Positions 33,409 to 50,679 of a DNA stretch of 64,000 nt are shown in pieces. Every line of letters starts with the position of its first letter. Positions within the stretch are counted from its first letter, which is position 1. Source of the DNA: the human T2T-CHM13v2.0 reference genome, Homo sapiens; NCBI RefSeq assembly GCF_009914755.1, contig NC_060944.1. One strand, 5' to 3'. The notes beneath the pieces were generated by a model. The model worked only from the letters and a program-made list of their open reading frames with translations. It was not told the DNA's origin and made no database searches. The position numbers were made by a program, and so were the translations under genes.

Positions 33409-34642
33409 CTATAACAGCACCTCCCAGGGAAACCAGAGGGGCTGCTTCCAGGTAAAAGGAGGAATTTCACCATAGACATAATACTTTGGAATAGTTTTGG
33501 CTATCCTTAAGTAAAACACGGGATGACTATTTCTCTAATTTCCACACTAGTAGTTTAAACAAAGTAGTCATCAGACCACAGAGGAGGGGGCAATAAATAC
33601 TGCCTGTGAGGTAACTCGGCGAAATACTTTCACAGAGGCCTCATGAGGTGAGCATTTAGCATCGTGTGTGATGTGTGTCAAACCAAGAGGGGATTCAGGG
33701 AGACTTCCAGGCTTGAGCAAACGGACAAATATACCTCCTCTTCCAGACCTCTCCTTTCATATGGAAAAAATTCGTTTGGGACCACCAGAAAACAAAAGAT
33801 AAAAGTATCGTGTTAGAACAAGGACGGATTAAAAATGACCTTTGCTTGAACTGAAACAGAAGCTATGTGCATAAGTGACTTAACTCCTCTGTAACTTGGC
33901 TTTCTTATCATTTACACGAGGGTGCTAACAGTACCCTCACAAGGTTCAAGTGAAGATTACATAGGACAATCCCTTAGTCAATGTCTTGGTACACTGTAAA
34001 GGCTCAGTAAATGCTGGAAAATCATATTAGCAACTATTTTATACCCGTAATTGTAGCTGGAAGATTGTATTGGATGCTAAATACCGGCTAGATTCCATTC
34101 GGTAACTATCATAATTATTTATTTGCATAACAATCAAATTATTGGTGCAAAGCAGCCATTATTGCTGTAAAATGCTTTAAAATGCTCCTTTTGATAGTCC
34201 AGGTACGTACTGCAGCACAAAACTAGGAGAAACCAGGAAATGGAAGTAACGAGTAAGTTTGGATGCTTCGATTCTACCCTAGATTGAGACGGGTGAGCAT
34301 AGAGGCAAAAAAAGACATTTTCTTCCAAACAAGAGGTGACCAAACGGGCAAGGGAGACCTCCTCCCGGGCATGCAGAGCGCAGCGATTCTGTGCCCAGGG
34401 AGCCGGAGGGCTGGGGCTGGGAGATCCCGGCGGAGCCCCGGCAGAGCAGTCGCCCGTGAGCCCCCGCAACTCAGACGCGCTCGGCCTCGCGCTCCGGGGC
34501 TGGGACCACCGAGGGCGAGCTGCAGCCTTCGCCACCCGGTCCGCCGCCGGACTCCGCCTCCCACAAACAGCCCGGCAAGGCCCTTTTCCGCCGCTCCCTC
34601 ATCCAGCGAAGCCTCCTTCCCAGCTTCCCCGGCGGCGGCGCC

Positions 34643-34685
34643 GTGACGTCACTTCCGTTCTCCAGCGCGCACGTGGGAGGAAGTG
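34643..34685. promoter_or_regulatory. Overlapping CRE + ETS motif, E-box and second ETS site
   Basis: TGACGTCA 34644-34651 overlaps CACTTCCG 34650-34657. CACGTG at 34670-34675; GGAAGTG at 34679-34685. Confidence 0.75.
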
Positions 34686-34765
34686 CTGGTGCCCTCTGCC
34701 GCTGCTCCCGTCTCTTTGGTTACGCTCGTCAGCCGGTCGGCCGCCGCCTCCAGCCGTGTGCCGCT

Positions 34766-34840
34766 ATGGGAGTCCCGGCGTTCTTCCGCTGGCTCAGCCG
34801 CAAGTACCCGTCCATCATAGTCAACTGCGTGGAAGAGAAG
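34766..34840 (+). CDS. XRN2: XRN2 coding exon 1 (MGVPAFFRWLSRKYPSIIVNCVEEK)
   Basis: ATG in strong Kozak context (gctATGG) within the CpG island. Hallmark XRN N-terminus MGVPxFFRWL. Donor AAG|gtgagg, phase 0. Confidence 0.98.
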
Positions 34841-34905
34841 GTGAGGAGGCGCCAGGCGGCCGCCACACTCGAGCCCGGGCCCCCGGCACGTCTAGGCCGC
34901 GGCCC

Positions 34906-35214
34906 ATGGGCTCCGCCGCCTGCCCCCGGGGAGCCTTGCCGGAGCTCGCGCCCTGCTGCCAGCCTCGCGAGCAGTCGCAGCCCCACACGCGATGGGACGC
35001 GGGCTGTGGGATTCAGCACCCCGGGGGCGAGGAATTCAGGACCCTCGGCGGGGCAAGGGCCTATAGGGTTCCGAACTCGCAGGAGGGTCGCTCCTCCCCT
35101 ACTCGCTTTTTCCCGGCACCGGAAGGCCCCGCCCACTGCTTTGTTTCCTCTCCAGACCGCGCATTTTGGGTCTCGGAAGAGGTTCAGAGGCTGTTGTTGA
35201 GCAATGCATGCCAG
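34906..35214 (+). CDS. XRN2: Candidate alternative first coding exon of XRN2 (103 aa, MGSAACPRG...LLSNACQ)
   Basis: Open frame from ATG 34906 to a CAG|gtcagc donor at phase 0, matching the phase-0 start of exon 2. Confidence 0.55.
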
Positions 35215-36626
35215 GTCAGCTGAGCTAGCGGGTTATGGATGCACGGATTCGGAGGCCAGCTTTTTGACAACCTTGTAAAGGAATCCCTGGCGGCGACCTT
35301 TTCGTTGTTTACCAATTGTGCCGGAAAGGTTTTCTCCTAGTGTTCAGGACCATTTGTTGTTCTGGTTAGATTGGACGCTGAAAGCAGTATGTCAGGTCCA
35401 GGATGAGCGCTATAGAATTCTGAGAAGTTACCCTTCTCTGTGTGCCCTGACTACTGAACGGGGTGGGTGCTTGTTGAAAATTTCAAGATTACTGGATGTA
35501 CTTGAGCAGTACAATTTTTGTTGTTAGTTAATACGTAAGTAGATTTTTGGCCATTATTGAGTTTTGTTTTTATTGTTTTCGTCATTCCATGCGGATTCGA
35601 TTTTGTGCTCTTAATTAGAATTTCTGGATTGGAAACGTTCAGAGGCACATCACGCGTACCTCACTCCTTAGTTTTTGAAGGCAGTGCTTGCCTGTCACTG
35701 TGAACTTATTTCTGCTTTTTTTTTTTTTTTTAACTTTCTTGGCTTCTATCCAAGGAGGAACCAAAAGCCTTGTCTTAGTGACATTCCCACTATTTCTTGT
35801 TTTTTTCAAAAAGCAACTGCTAAATTGAATACTTGTTTCCTTTGTAAAATTTTAATCGAACTTTATTGAACTTTACTTGCACGTGGGTTAAACAAAAAGC
35901 AACAGTTCTTGCTCTACCCCTTCTCATCCCATTTCTCCACCTTTAACTGTTTTGGTTCTGTCTCTAAGTATCATACTTATACGTTATCACTTTTAGATCT
36001 GTTGAATTCTAGCTGGAATAGGAGAGGATTTAGTCACCTATTCAGCCCTCCCTCTATACTCTTAATGGAGTAAATCACTAGATATATATTTTTATTGGTA
36101 AGCTTTATAACTAAGTAATTTGCCTTTTTCATTCCATCGCCTGTGTAACGTATCCCTTGACTCAATGCTTTCTAAGGTCGATCTTAGCTTTTCTTCCCTT
36201 TCACCTCAAGTTTGTCAGCTGTACTTTTGCGTTGTGGGCATCCAAAATTAAATGATCAGGGCTTTGACTATACAGATTTAAAATGCTGAAAAATCAGATA
36301 GGATAGTTGACTATTGACACTGTGTAGATTCAGGTTATGTACTGTGATTTTGTTTTTTGTGCTGCTTTTGTCTTTTTCCCTGGGGCTGTCTTTCTTTTTC
36401 CACTTTACATCTTGCCGCGCCCGGACTCTATTTTACCAGGTAGTCTATCAAGAGTCATCTTTCTTCTTGAATAGTCCTTCTTGGGGTCTTATTTATTTTT
36501 GTTGCTGTCACACCTGGCTATTCTGTAGGCTTGCTGGAAAGCTGCATCTGGGATTTTATTATTATTATTGCTATCATATCTTTCTTCAGTGGGAGGTACT
36601 GTTTTCTGGATCATCATCTTACTTCA

Positions 36627-36873
36627 TTTGTTTATTTATTTAGAGACGGAGTCTCGCTATGTCTCTTAGGCTGGAGTACGGTGGCATGATCTCGGCTCAC
36701 TGCAACCTCTGGCCTCCTGGGTTCAAGCCATTCTTCTGCCACAGCGTCCAGAGCAGCTAGGACTACAGGTGTGCGCCGCCACGCCCAGCTGATTTTTTTT
36801 TAGTAGAGACGGAGTTTTGCCATGTTGGCCAGGCTGGTCTCGAACTCCTGACCTCAAGTATCTGCCTGCCTCG
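36627..36873 (-). mobile_element. Truncated AluS (intron 1)
   Basis: Alu consensus match. Confidence 0.88.
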
Positions 36874-38113
36874 TCTTTTAATTTTTGGATAGTATTCTGT
36901 GTGTAGATACACCACATTTTATTTATTTATTCAGATGATTGATGAACATTGGGATTGTTTCCAGTTTTTGGCTTTCTGAAAAAGAAACCTATGAACATCT
37001 CTGTACAAGTCATTGTAGGGACGTATGCTTGCATTTGTTTGGGGGAAAAACATTAGGAGTGAAATGGTTGGATTGTATATTAGGTGTGTGATTACTTAAA
37101 AAGAAAAACCTGCCAGACTTTTTTTTTCAAACTGGTTGTGCCATTTTACATTGGCATCAGCAGCATATCAGGGTTCCAGTTGCTCAACTTCCTCACCAAC
37201 ACTTGATATAGTTAGCCCTTTTAGTTTTAGGTAGTCCAGTGTACTGTTACCTTATTGTGGTTTTAACTTGCATTTCCTTCAGATGCTTATTTGCTTTCTG
37301 TATATCATCACGGGCAGGGTGAGGCATCTGTTCAGATCTTTTGCTCATTTTTATCTTCGGTTGTCTTACTTAAATGTAGAGTTTGTTACATATTCTAGAT
37401 AGAAATCCTTAGTTTGATATATCTTTTGCAAATATTTTCTCTTGATCTGTGGCTTGTCTTTTTACTTCTTAACAGTGTCTTGGGAGCAAACATTTAAAAA
37501 TTTTAATGAAGTCTGATTAATTTTTTCCCTTTATATTTCTGCTTTTTGTATTTAAGGAATCCTTTGTCAAAGCCAAGGTCTGTGTTTTCTTAGAGAAGTT
37601 TTATAGTTTTACTTCATTCTGTGGTTTCCATTTTTTGGTCTAGTCGTATGGTGAATTATCGGTCTTTAAATGCTAAAGCCACCTTGCATTCCTTGGATAA
37701 ACCTCACTTGATCATGTTGTATTATTTTTATATACGTTGAATTCAAGTTTGCTAAAGTTTGCTAAAGTTTTCTTGAGAATTCTTGAGAATTGTGTCTCTG
37801 TTCACAAAAGATATTTGTAGCATTCTTGTAATGTGTAGTTGAGATGTCAGAATAATGTTGACCTCAAATTGAGTTCCTTCAGTTTTTTGGAAGAGTTTGT
37901 GTAGAGTTAGTATTGTTTCTTCCTAAAATGTTTGATAGAATTTACCAGTGAGGCCATCTGGACTTGGAGTTTTGTGGGAAGGCTTTAAGCTGCAAATTAA
38001 GTTTCTTTAGTTGATCTAGAACTATTGAGGTTACCTATTTATTTATTTATTTATTTTTTGGATGAGCTTTTTTAGTTTGTATCTTTCACAGATTTTGCCC
38101 ATTTCATCTAAGT

Positions 38114-38328
38114 CAAGCTTGTCCAACCTGTGGCCTGCAAGCTGCATGCAACCCAGGATGCTTTGAATGCGGCCCAGCACAAATTCGTAAACTTTCTTAA
38201 AACATCATGAGATTTATGCACAGACCTTTTCTTTTTTTTTCAGCTCATCAGCTGTCGTTAGTATTAGTGGCCCAAGACAATTCTTCTTCCAAAGTGGCCC
38301 AGGGAAGCCAAAAGATTGGACACCCCTG
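38114..38328 (-). mobile_element. MER30 hAT element
   Basis: End 'gggaagccaaaagattggacacccctg'; perfect 8-bp TSD atctaagt. Confidence 0.88.
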
Positions 38329-39388
38329 ATCTAAGTAGTTGAATTGGCTGACATAAAGTTGTTCATAGTATTTTCTTACTATCCTTTTTTTTTTGTTATT
38401 AAAATGTTTTCACTCCTGTTTTTACTTCTCTTTTGTTTTCTTTTTTCTTCCTGTTAACTTGTTATTATCCTTTTAATATTGTTAGAATCTGTAGTGATGT
38501 TACCTCTTTCATTCCTGATACTTGTAATTCTACTTTCTTTGTTTTGTCCCATTATCAGTCTGGCTACACTGTTCTCAGATAACTAGCTTTTGGTTTCATT
38601 GATTTTCTTTATTGTTTTTCTGTTTTCTATTTCTTTGATTCTGCTCTTATATGTATTTGTTATGCTTACTTTGGGTTCAACTTGTTTTTTCTCTTCCTTG
38701 TTTATTAAGGTAGAAGCTGAGGTCATTGTTTTGAGACATTTCTTCCTCTCTGATATAGATCTTGAGTGCCATAAATTGCCTTCTAGATATTGTTTAAACA
38801 GTGTGCCACAAATATTAACATGTTGTATTTTCATTTTCATCCACTTAAAAATATGTTCTAAAACTCCCTTTGGCCCGCTGGTTATTTAAGAGTGTGACTT
38901 AATTTTCACACACATGGGAGATTTTCCAGGTATTTTTTCCTGTTCGTGATTTTTAATTTAATTCCCTTATCAGAGATCATATTTAATTTGAGGTCTGTTG
39001 AAGTTTATCAGACTGGTTCAGAATATGGTCTCTATAAATGTTTTATGTGTATTTGAAAAGGATACATTTTCTGCTGCTGTGAAATTTTGACTATAACTTT
39101 TGGATTTTTCTGTTTCTCCTTTCAGTTCTATTGGTTTTTGGTTGTGTATTTTGAAGCTCTTTTATTAGGTGCATAAATGCTTAACATTGTTCTAGTTTTT
39201 TGGTGGATAATACACTTATTATGAAATGACCTTCATTATTCTTGGTTAATATTTGCTCAGAAATCTATTTTATTTGTCATTAATACAGCCAGTTATTCTG
39301 ACTAGTGTCAGCATGGTGTGTTTTTTTCTATTCTTTTATTTTAGCCTGTTTGCATCTTTATGTTTAAAGTGGACGTTTTTGTAGGTAA

Positions 39389-39732
<344 letters not shown>

Positions 39733-40179
39733 GGGTCTGGCTTTTTTATACAGTTTGAGAATCTCTGCCCCCTCTTTTTATTGGGATAAAACATACATAA
39801 AATTACCATTTTGACTGTTTTAAAGTGTACAATTCAATGGAACCAAGTATGTTCAAATTGTTGTGCAACTGTCACCAATGTTTATTTCCAGAACAATTTT
39901 ATCATCCCAAACAGAAACGCTACCTGTTAAACAGTAACTCCTTGTCCCCCTCCCCACTTTCTATCTTTATAAATTTGCCTATTCTAGTTACCTTATGTAA
40001 ATGAAATCATAATATTTTTCCTTTTGTGTCTGGCTTATTTCTCTTAACATAGTGTTTTCAAGGTTTGTCCATGTTGTTGCATGTCTCAGAATTTCATTCC
40101 TTTTTAAAGCTGAATGATACTCCCATTGTATATGGGAGTATATGTCACACTCTGGACACTTTGGCTGGTTCTACCTTTA

Positions 40180-40690
<511 letters not shown>

Positions 40691-40771
40691 GATTATTGAT
40701 ATGGTTAGATTTAAATCTGTCATCTTACTATTTGTTTTCTGTCTCATCTGTTCATTGTTTCAGTTTCTTAA

Positions 40772-41075
<304 letters not shown>

Positions 41076-41228
41076 TTAGGTTGTGTTTTTATGATTTCAT
41101 TTTATTCCCTTTGCTCACTTATTAAGAACTCTTTACTGATTCAGTCATCAGCTTCTTCACTTCATATACTTTAACTGCTTGGCTCATGCAGTCCTCCATT
41201 TATCAGCTTTCTGACCATCGGAAAATGA

Positions 41229-41913
<685 letters not shown>

Positions 41914-43153
41914 CACTATGCTACACTGTGCTGCTCCCTACAGTTTCCCCCTCTGGTCATCTCTGTGCAAGGGCTGAAAGCAGAAGGCTGCGTGTCCTCA
42001 TTTGTTGCCAGCTGGGAATGTGTATGTTGGGTGACTCAATTTTTCGCTGCTCTGTGCATGTCCACAAATGACTGCGAAAGTACCATGATTATTAATTTTG
42101 GGGTTAAAAATAAATTTCAGTGAGTAGACATATTTGCAAATATGGGATTCATGAATAATGAAGATTGGCTATGTATGTATCACAGAGGGTGGTTGTGTGG
42201 ATTAGATGTATTAATACCAGTTACAATCCTGTTACAGAAGCATTTGCTAAATGGCAACTATTTGGAAAATCTGATTTCAGAATTTTATTTGGTAAATTAA
42301 TGTTTAGTAGTTTATGTGTCCAAGTAAAGGCAGAGATGTTTTTGAGTCTAACTCTTGGTAATACTGCGTTGTAGTGTACAGTGTGGTCTTACTGTTCTCA
42401 TGTAATGAAATCCAGGTTTCCTCCACTGCCTCTTTTCTCTCTTCCATTTCATTGAGTACTACTTTTGTGATAGGCATCACTCTGAGGGAAGGGAGAAAAA
42501 TCATAAGGTGGACATTTATCCTTGACCCTACATTCTATTTTCTCTAATATGATTATTTCTTTGGAGCTGGTTACCACATTCTTTAAACAGCTTTGTTGAG
42601 ATATGATTTGCATACAATAAAATTCACCCATTTAAAGTGTACAACTCAGTGATTTTTAGTATTTTCACAAATGTGTGCATCCATCACCACAGTCAATTTT
42701 AGAACATTTTAATCACCTTGAAAAGAAACTTGTACCCTTTAGCTGTTGTCCCTCTAACTGCTGTCTCCTTTTCTCCCAGCCTTAAGCAACCACTAATCTA
42801 CTTTATGTCTATATAGATTTTTCCTAGTCTGGACTTTCACATGAGAGGAATCTATAGAATATGGTCGTTTCTGGCTGGCTGCTTTCACTTAATATTATGT
42901 TTTCAAAGTTCACCCATGTTGTAGCATGTCGCAGTACTTTATTATTTGCTTATGGCCAAATACTGTGCCATTGTATGGATATACCACATTTTGTTCATCC
43001 ATTTGTCTGTTGATAAACATTTGAACAGTTTCTATGTTTTGGCTATTATGAATAATGCTGTTTTAAACATTCATGTTATGTTTCTATGTGGATATGTTTT
43101 CGTTTTTCTTGGGTGTATACCTAGGCGTAGAGTTGCTGGATTATATGGTTTAA

Positions 43154-43243
<90 letters not shown>

Positions 43244-43457
43244 TGAACTCCTGGGTTCAAGCGATTCTCCTGCCTCAGTCTCCTGAATAGCTAGGACTAT
43301 AGGCATGTGCCACTATGCTTGGCTAACTTTTTTTTTTTTTAAGAGATGGGGTTTCTCTGTGTTGCCTACTGGTCTTGAACTCCTAGCCCCAAGTGATTGC
43401 ACTATTTTATATTCCCACCAGTAGTGTATGAGGGTTCCAATTTTTCCACATTTTTGC

Positions 43458-43988
43458 TGTGAAGCAGGTTTACTGTGTGTTGCTTACCAACTTGTCTGAG
43501 TCTGAGGAGACAAGGACATCCATGTACAATGTTACATGAAGAGTGTTTATTATTTACAAATAGACAGTAAAGGACAACAGAAGCCTAGGATTCATTCTGA
43601 ATGGGTCCCCCATGGCTCAGGAAACATGCCCGGGGCAGATAGAGTCTTGACTGCAGGGGCCACACTTACATGGCGGGAGAGGAACCCTGAAAGGCAGCCC
43701 ACTCTGGGTTATACACCTCAGGGTTTATGTGACACACTGAGCTAATGCTTTAAAAAATGTCCTGCTTCCAGGGGTGAAAGGAACAAAGCCCACCTTGTCC
43801 CGGGCAGTTGCGCCCTCACTCAAGATGTTAAATTCCTGGGAGGGACAGGAGCAAGGCTGGACATTTTCAGGCAGTTCTTCCCTATTTCAGGATATTGCAT
43901 TACCATCACATTCTACAGTCACTTTTGAGAACTATGAGCAAGAAAAGGAACTGAGTTAGTCCAAGGCCAGCCAAAGAACTATGCCACA
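43458..43988. mobile_element. Solo ERVL-class LTR (MER54/MER73-like)
   Basis: TG...CA termini; 5-bp flanks tttgc / cttgc; interrupts the L1. Confidence 0.6.
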
Positions 43989-44761
43989 CTTGCCAACACT
44001 TGTTATCTGACTTGGCTTTAGCCATTCTAGTGGGTGTGTGACGTGGTATCTCCTGTGGTTTTGATTTGCATTTTCTGATGACTAGTCGTGTTGAGCATCT
44101 TTTCATGTGCTTACTGGCCATCTGTGTATCTTTTGGAGAAATGTCTATTTAGGTTCTTTGTCTCCTCTTCCCCCTTTTTTTTGAGACAGGGTTTCACTCT
44201 TGTTACCCGGGCTGGAGGGCAGTGGCACAATCTCAGCTCACTGCAACCTCCATCTCCCAGGGTCACGTTATCCTCCCACCTCAGCCTCCTGAGTAGCTGG
44301 GACTACAGGCAGGCACCACCATGCCTGGCTAACTTTTTGTATTTTGGGTTGAGACAGGGTTTTGCCATATTGCCCAGGCTGGTCTCGAATCAACTCCTGA
44401 GCTCAGATGATCCACCTCCCTCAGCCTCCCAAAGTGTTGGGATTACAGGCGTGAGCCATCATACCCGGCCTCTTTGCCCTTTTAAAATTGGGTTGTCCTA
44501 TTGAAGTGTAAGAGTTTTAAAGAATGTATTCTGAATATAAGTCCCTTATAAGATAAATGATTTGCAAATATTTTCCCACATTCTGTGGATTGTATTTCCA
44601 CTTTCTTGATGGTGTCCTTTGAAGAATAAAAGTTTAAAATTTTGTCCGGTTGTGGTGACTCACGCTTGTAATCGCAGCACTTTGGGAGGCTGAGGTGGGC
44701 AGATCACTTGAGGACAGGAGTTTGAGACCAGCCTGGCCAACATGGTGAAACCCCGTCTCTA

Positions 44762-44950
<189 letters not shown>

Positions 44951-46181
44951 TTAAAATTTTGATGATGAAGTGCAGTTCATCTGCTTTTTTCTTTTATCGT
45001 TTGTGCTTTTGATGGCATATCTAAGAATTCCATTGCCAAATTCAAGGTCACAAATATTTACACCTGTTTTTCGGAAGAGTTTTATAGCTTTAGCTCTTAA
45101 ATGTAGGTTCATGATCCATTTTGAGTTGTTTGGGTTGAGTTAAGGTGTGAAGTAATAGTCCAGCTTCACTTTCTTGCATTGGCTATCTAGTTGTCCTACA
45201 CCATTTGTTGAAGACTGTTCTTTTCCCCATTAAATGATCTTGACACCTTATCAAAAATCAGCTAATAATAGCTGTGTGCATTTATTTCTGGACTCAATTC
45301 CATTCCATTGATCTAAATGTTTATCCTTGTCCCAGTACCGCACTGTCTTGATTACTGTTGATTACAGAGCACGTTGAATTTGTCAATCAGTTTGGGGAGT
45401 ATTGTCATCTTAATGTTGAGTCTTGTGTTCCATAAATATGGGATGTTATTTGTTTAGAACTATTTTGATTTCTGTCAACAGTGTTTTGTAGTTTTCAAAA
45501 TATAAATTTCGTATTTCTTTGTTAGATTTAGCCCTAGTTTTTTGATACTATTGTGAGAATGTTTTAACTTTATTTTTGGAATACTCATTGCAAGTGTATA
45601 GAAATGTAATTGATTTTTATATATTGATTTTGTATCCTATAACCTTGCTGAAGTCATATATCGTAATAATTTTCTAGTGGATCCCTTAGGATTTTCTATA
45701 TACACAATCATGTCATGTGCAAATATAGTTTAATTTCTTTTTTTTCTAATATCAATACCTTTTCCTTTTCCTGCCTAATTGCCCTGGCTGGAACCTCCAG
45801 AATAGAAGTGGCAAGAGCAGGCATCTTTGTCTTATTCCTCATTTTAGAGGGAAAGCATTTAGGCTTTGACCACCAAGTATGATGTTAACTGTTAGGTTAT
45901 TTTTTTGTTTGTTTGTTTTTGTTTTTGCAGATGCCCTTTATGTTGAGAATTTCCCTTCTATTTCTAGATGAGTATTTTTTTTTTAATCATGAAAGTGTTG
46001 GATTTTTCGAACGCTTTTTCTATATGAAGATGATCGTGTCATTTTGCTTTGCAATCTGTTAATATGATGTGTTTAATTGATTGGTTTTTGGATGTTCAAC
46101 TAACTTTGCATTTCTAGGATAAATCCTACTTGGTCATGGTGTATAATATTTTAATATATTGCTGGCTTCTGTTTGCTAGTC

Positions 46182-46522
46182 CAGTCGTCTTGCAGTATCT
46201 GTGAGGGATTGGTTCCAGGACCTCCTGTGGATGCCGAAATCAACGGAGGCTCAAATCTCTGATATATAATGGTGTAATATTTGCATATAATCTATGCACA
46301 TCTTCTCGTATATTTTAAATAGTCTCTGGGTTACTTAAATACCTGGTACAATGTAAATGCTGTGTGAATAGTTGTTATACTGTACCATTTAGGGAATAAT
46401 GACAAGAAAAGGTCTGCACATGTTGAGTACCAACGCAACTGTCCATTTTTTTCCTGAATATTTTTGATCCATGATTGATCTATTCCACAGATGTAGAATT
46501 GACAGATACGGAGGGCTGACTG
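46182..46522. mobile_element. MER2 (Tigger-derived MITE)
   Basis: Termini cagtcgtc...gtatc / gatacggagggctgactg. Confidence 0.85.
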
Positions 46523-48846
46523 TATTTTGTTGAGGATTTTTGCATCCATGCTCATAAGAGATGCTGGTCTGCAGTTTTTTCTTTTATGTTTTTGTGTGGT
46601 CTTGGTATTGGTCATATTGGCCCAATAAAATGTGTTCGGAATTGTTGGGAAGAGTTCATGAAGAATTCGTACAAATTCTTCTTTTGAATGTCTGATGCAA
46701 TTCAGCAGTGAAGCCATTTACACTTGACTTTTCTTTTGGGTAGTTTGCGGATTACTGATTTAATCTCTTTAACTTGTTATGGGTTTATGCAGTTTATGTC
46801 TTTCTTGAATCATTTTTGGTAGTTTGTGTCTTTCTAGTAATTTGTCCATTTCATCTAAGTTATCTAATTTGTTGGTGTATGACTATTCATGGTATTTCTT
46901 TATAATCCTTTTTGTTTTTATAAGGTTAGCAGTAATGTCCTGTCTCTCGTCTCTGATTCTAGTAACTTGAGTCTTCCCTCTTTTTTCTTTCATCAGACTA
47001 GCTGAAGGTTTGTCATTTTTTGTTGACCTTTTTAAACAACTAGCTTTGTTGGTTTCATTGATTTTTCTCTATTTTTAAATTTTCGTTTCATTAATTTCTG
47101 CTCTCATCTTTTATTCTTTCTGCTTGCTTTAGGTTTAGTTTACTCTCTTTTGGTATCTTAAGGTGGAAAGTTAGGTAATTGATTTGAGATTTTTTTTTTA
47201 ATTAACTTTTTCAGAGCCAAATACTTCTGAAGAGATATTTCTTAATCTAAGCATTTGCAACTATAAATTTCCATCTGAACACTGCTTTATATGTATTCCA
47301 TAACATTTTGTATATTGTGTCTTCATTTGTATTGATCCCAAAGTAGTTTCTGGTTTCCCGTTTGATTTCTTCCTAGATCCCTTGGTTATTTTGGACTGTG
47401 TTGTTTAATTTCCACATATTTGTGAATTTGCCAATTTTTTTTTCTCTTAATGGTTTCTAATTTTATTTCATTGTGGTCAGAGTGTATACTTTGTATTATT
47501 TCTATGCTTTTACTTTTTTTGAGAGCATATTTCGTGTACACCTGAGAATGTATATTCTGTTAAGTGTAATGTGCTAGAAATATCTGTTAGGTCTCTGTTG
47601 ATAGTGTTGTTCAAATTATCTGTTTTCATGTTGATCTTCTGTTTTGTTCTATTATTGAAGGGGGAGTATTGAAGTCTCCAGCTATCATTGTTGAATTGCC
47701 ATATGTCTTGTTTTGTGTATTTTGGTGCTGTTATTAGGTGCACCTGTATTTTTAATTGTTATATCTTTTTCTTGATGGATTTACTTTTTATCGTTATAAA
47801 ATGACCCTCTTTACCTCCAGTAACATTTTTTTATTTGTTTTAGTCTGTTTTATCTGATATCAGTATAGCCACTCCAGTTTTCTTGTGGTTGCTGTCTGCA
47901 TGATTATCTTTTCTCATCCATTTACTTTTACTCTTTTGGGTCTTTGAATCTCAAGTGTATCTCCTGTAGATAACGCAGAGTTAGATCATGTTTTTAAAAT
48001 CCACTTTGACAAGCTACCTTTTTGTTGGATTGTTTGATCCATTCACATTTTAATGTAATTATTAATAGAGTTACATTTTACTTTTTGTTTTTTGTATGTC
48101 TCATGTCATTTTTCTCTATTTCTCCTTTGTGCTTTCTTTTGCAATGAGAGGATATTTTCTAATATAGCATTCAAATTTTTTTCTTTTCTTATTCAGTGGC
48201 CAGTTACTAGAAGGATTCTAAATTCATTAGTAATTTTTTCCACTATATATTTTTTCAAAGTCATTGTTCTAGAGCTTACCCTATGTATCTTGCTAGAATC
48301 AAATTCAGATTTATACTTGCTTAGTTTCAGTAATACATGCTAAAATTTATTGAACTTTACTGCTATATAGTTCAGTTCCCATCCCCCCTTTGTATATTAT
48401 TGTTATATATATTACATATATTGACATAATCCAACAATACATTTTTTTAAGAGTTACTTTACCGTCTGTAGCCATTTCCTTAGCCCACTGCAACTTTGTT
48501 TCCATCCACCCCTTTTTGCTATTAGGGCAAATATATTACACATATATTACATTCTGCCTTATAAGCTCAACATTATACTATGTAATATTTATACAATTGC
48601 TTTTTAATTCAATTAAGAGAAGAAAGGAGGGAAAATATACTTGTGCTTATTGTTTGCATGGACTTGAATTACCATCTAGAGTCACTTGCTTTAGTAACTT
48701 TAGTAAACTTTTTGTAACTTTATAGCTTGAAGAACTTCGTTTAGTAGTTTTTGACAGTGTGGTCTGTTAGCAATAATTCTCTCAGCTTTTTATTGATCTG
48801 AGTCTTTATGTCACCCCAGTTTTGCACTATAGCTTTTCTGGACTGA

Positions 48847-50288
<1,442 letters not shown>

Positions 50289-50679
50289 ATTCTACTTTCA
50301 CTGTTCTTGAGAACAGCTTTTTTTTGTTTGTTTTTTAAACTTTACTGTGCACTTTTGCAAATTAATTTTGTTCTAAAATTTTTACAGGTTTTCTTGATTT
50401 GCTTGCTGTTTGCCCTCAGGATCATTTCCAAAGGCTTTAAATGTTTTTGTTTTAAAAGTAATATTTACCAGTTTCACTGGGGAGCAGGTCGTTGAAGCTC
50501 TTCATGCTGTCATGTTAGAATAAAATCTTCTGATAAGACTTTATTTAGCAAATGATGATCAATGTCACACACCTTGCCTATTTTGTATCCTCTGTAGTAC
50601 TTGATATAGACCTTGGCACACATCACTTTGAATCTAGTGAAATTACAATTAATTAGTCTAACATACTGGTTAAGGTACC

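Larger units (their letters stand above)
34340..35300 (+). promoter_or_regulatory. CpG island / XRN2 promoter
   Basis: Sharp rise in GC and CpG density around exon 1; no obvious TATA box. Confidence 0.93.

Noticed and set aside
34134-35136. Antisense and overlapping ORFs of 96-135 aa in the CpG island
   Set aside because: Ala/Arg/Pro/Gly-rich by-products of high GC; no recognisable domain.
34336-35223. 295-aa ORF across the promoter as an independent gene
   Set aside because: Starts at GTG, and long stop-free frames are expected in GC-rich islands. Only the ATG-34906 to donor part has splice support.
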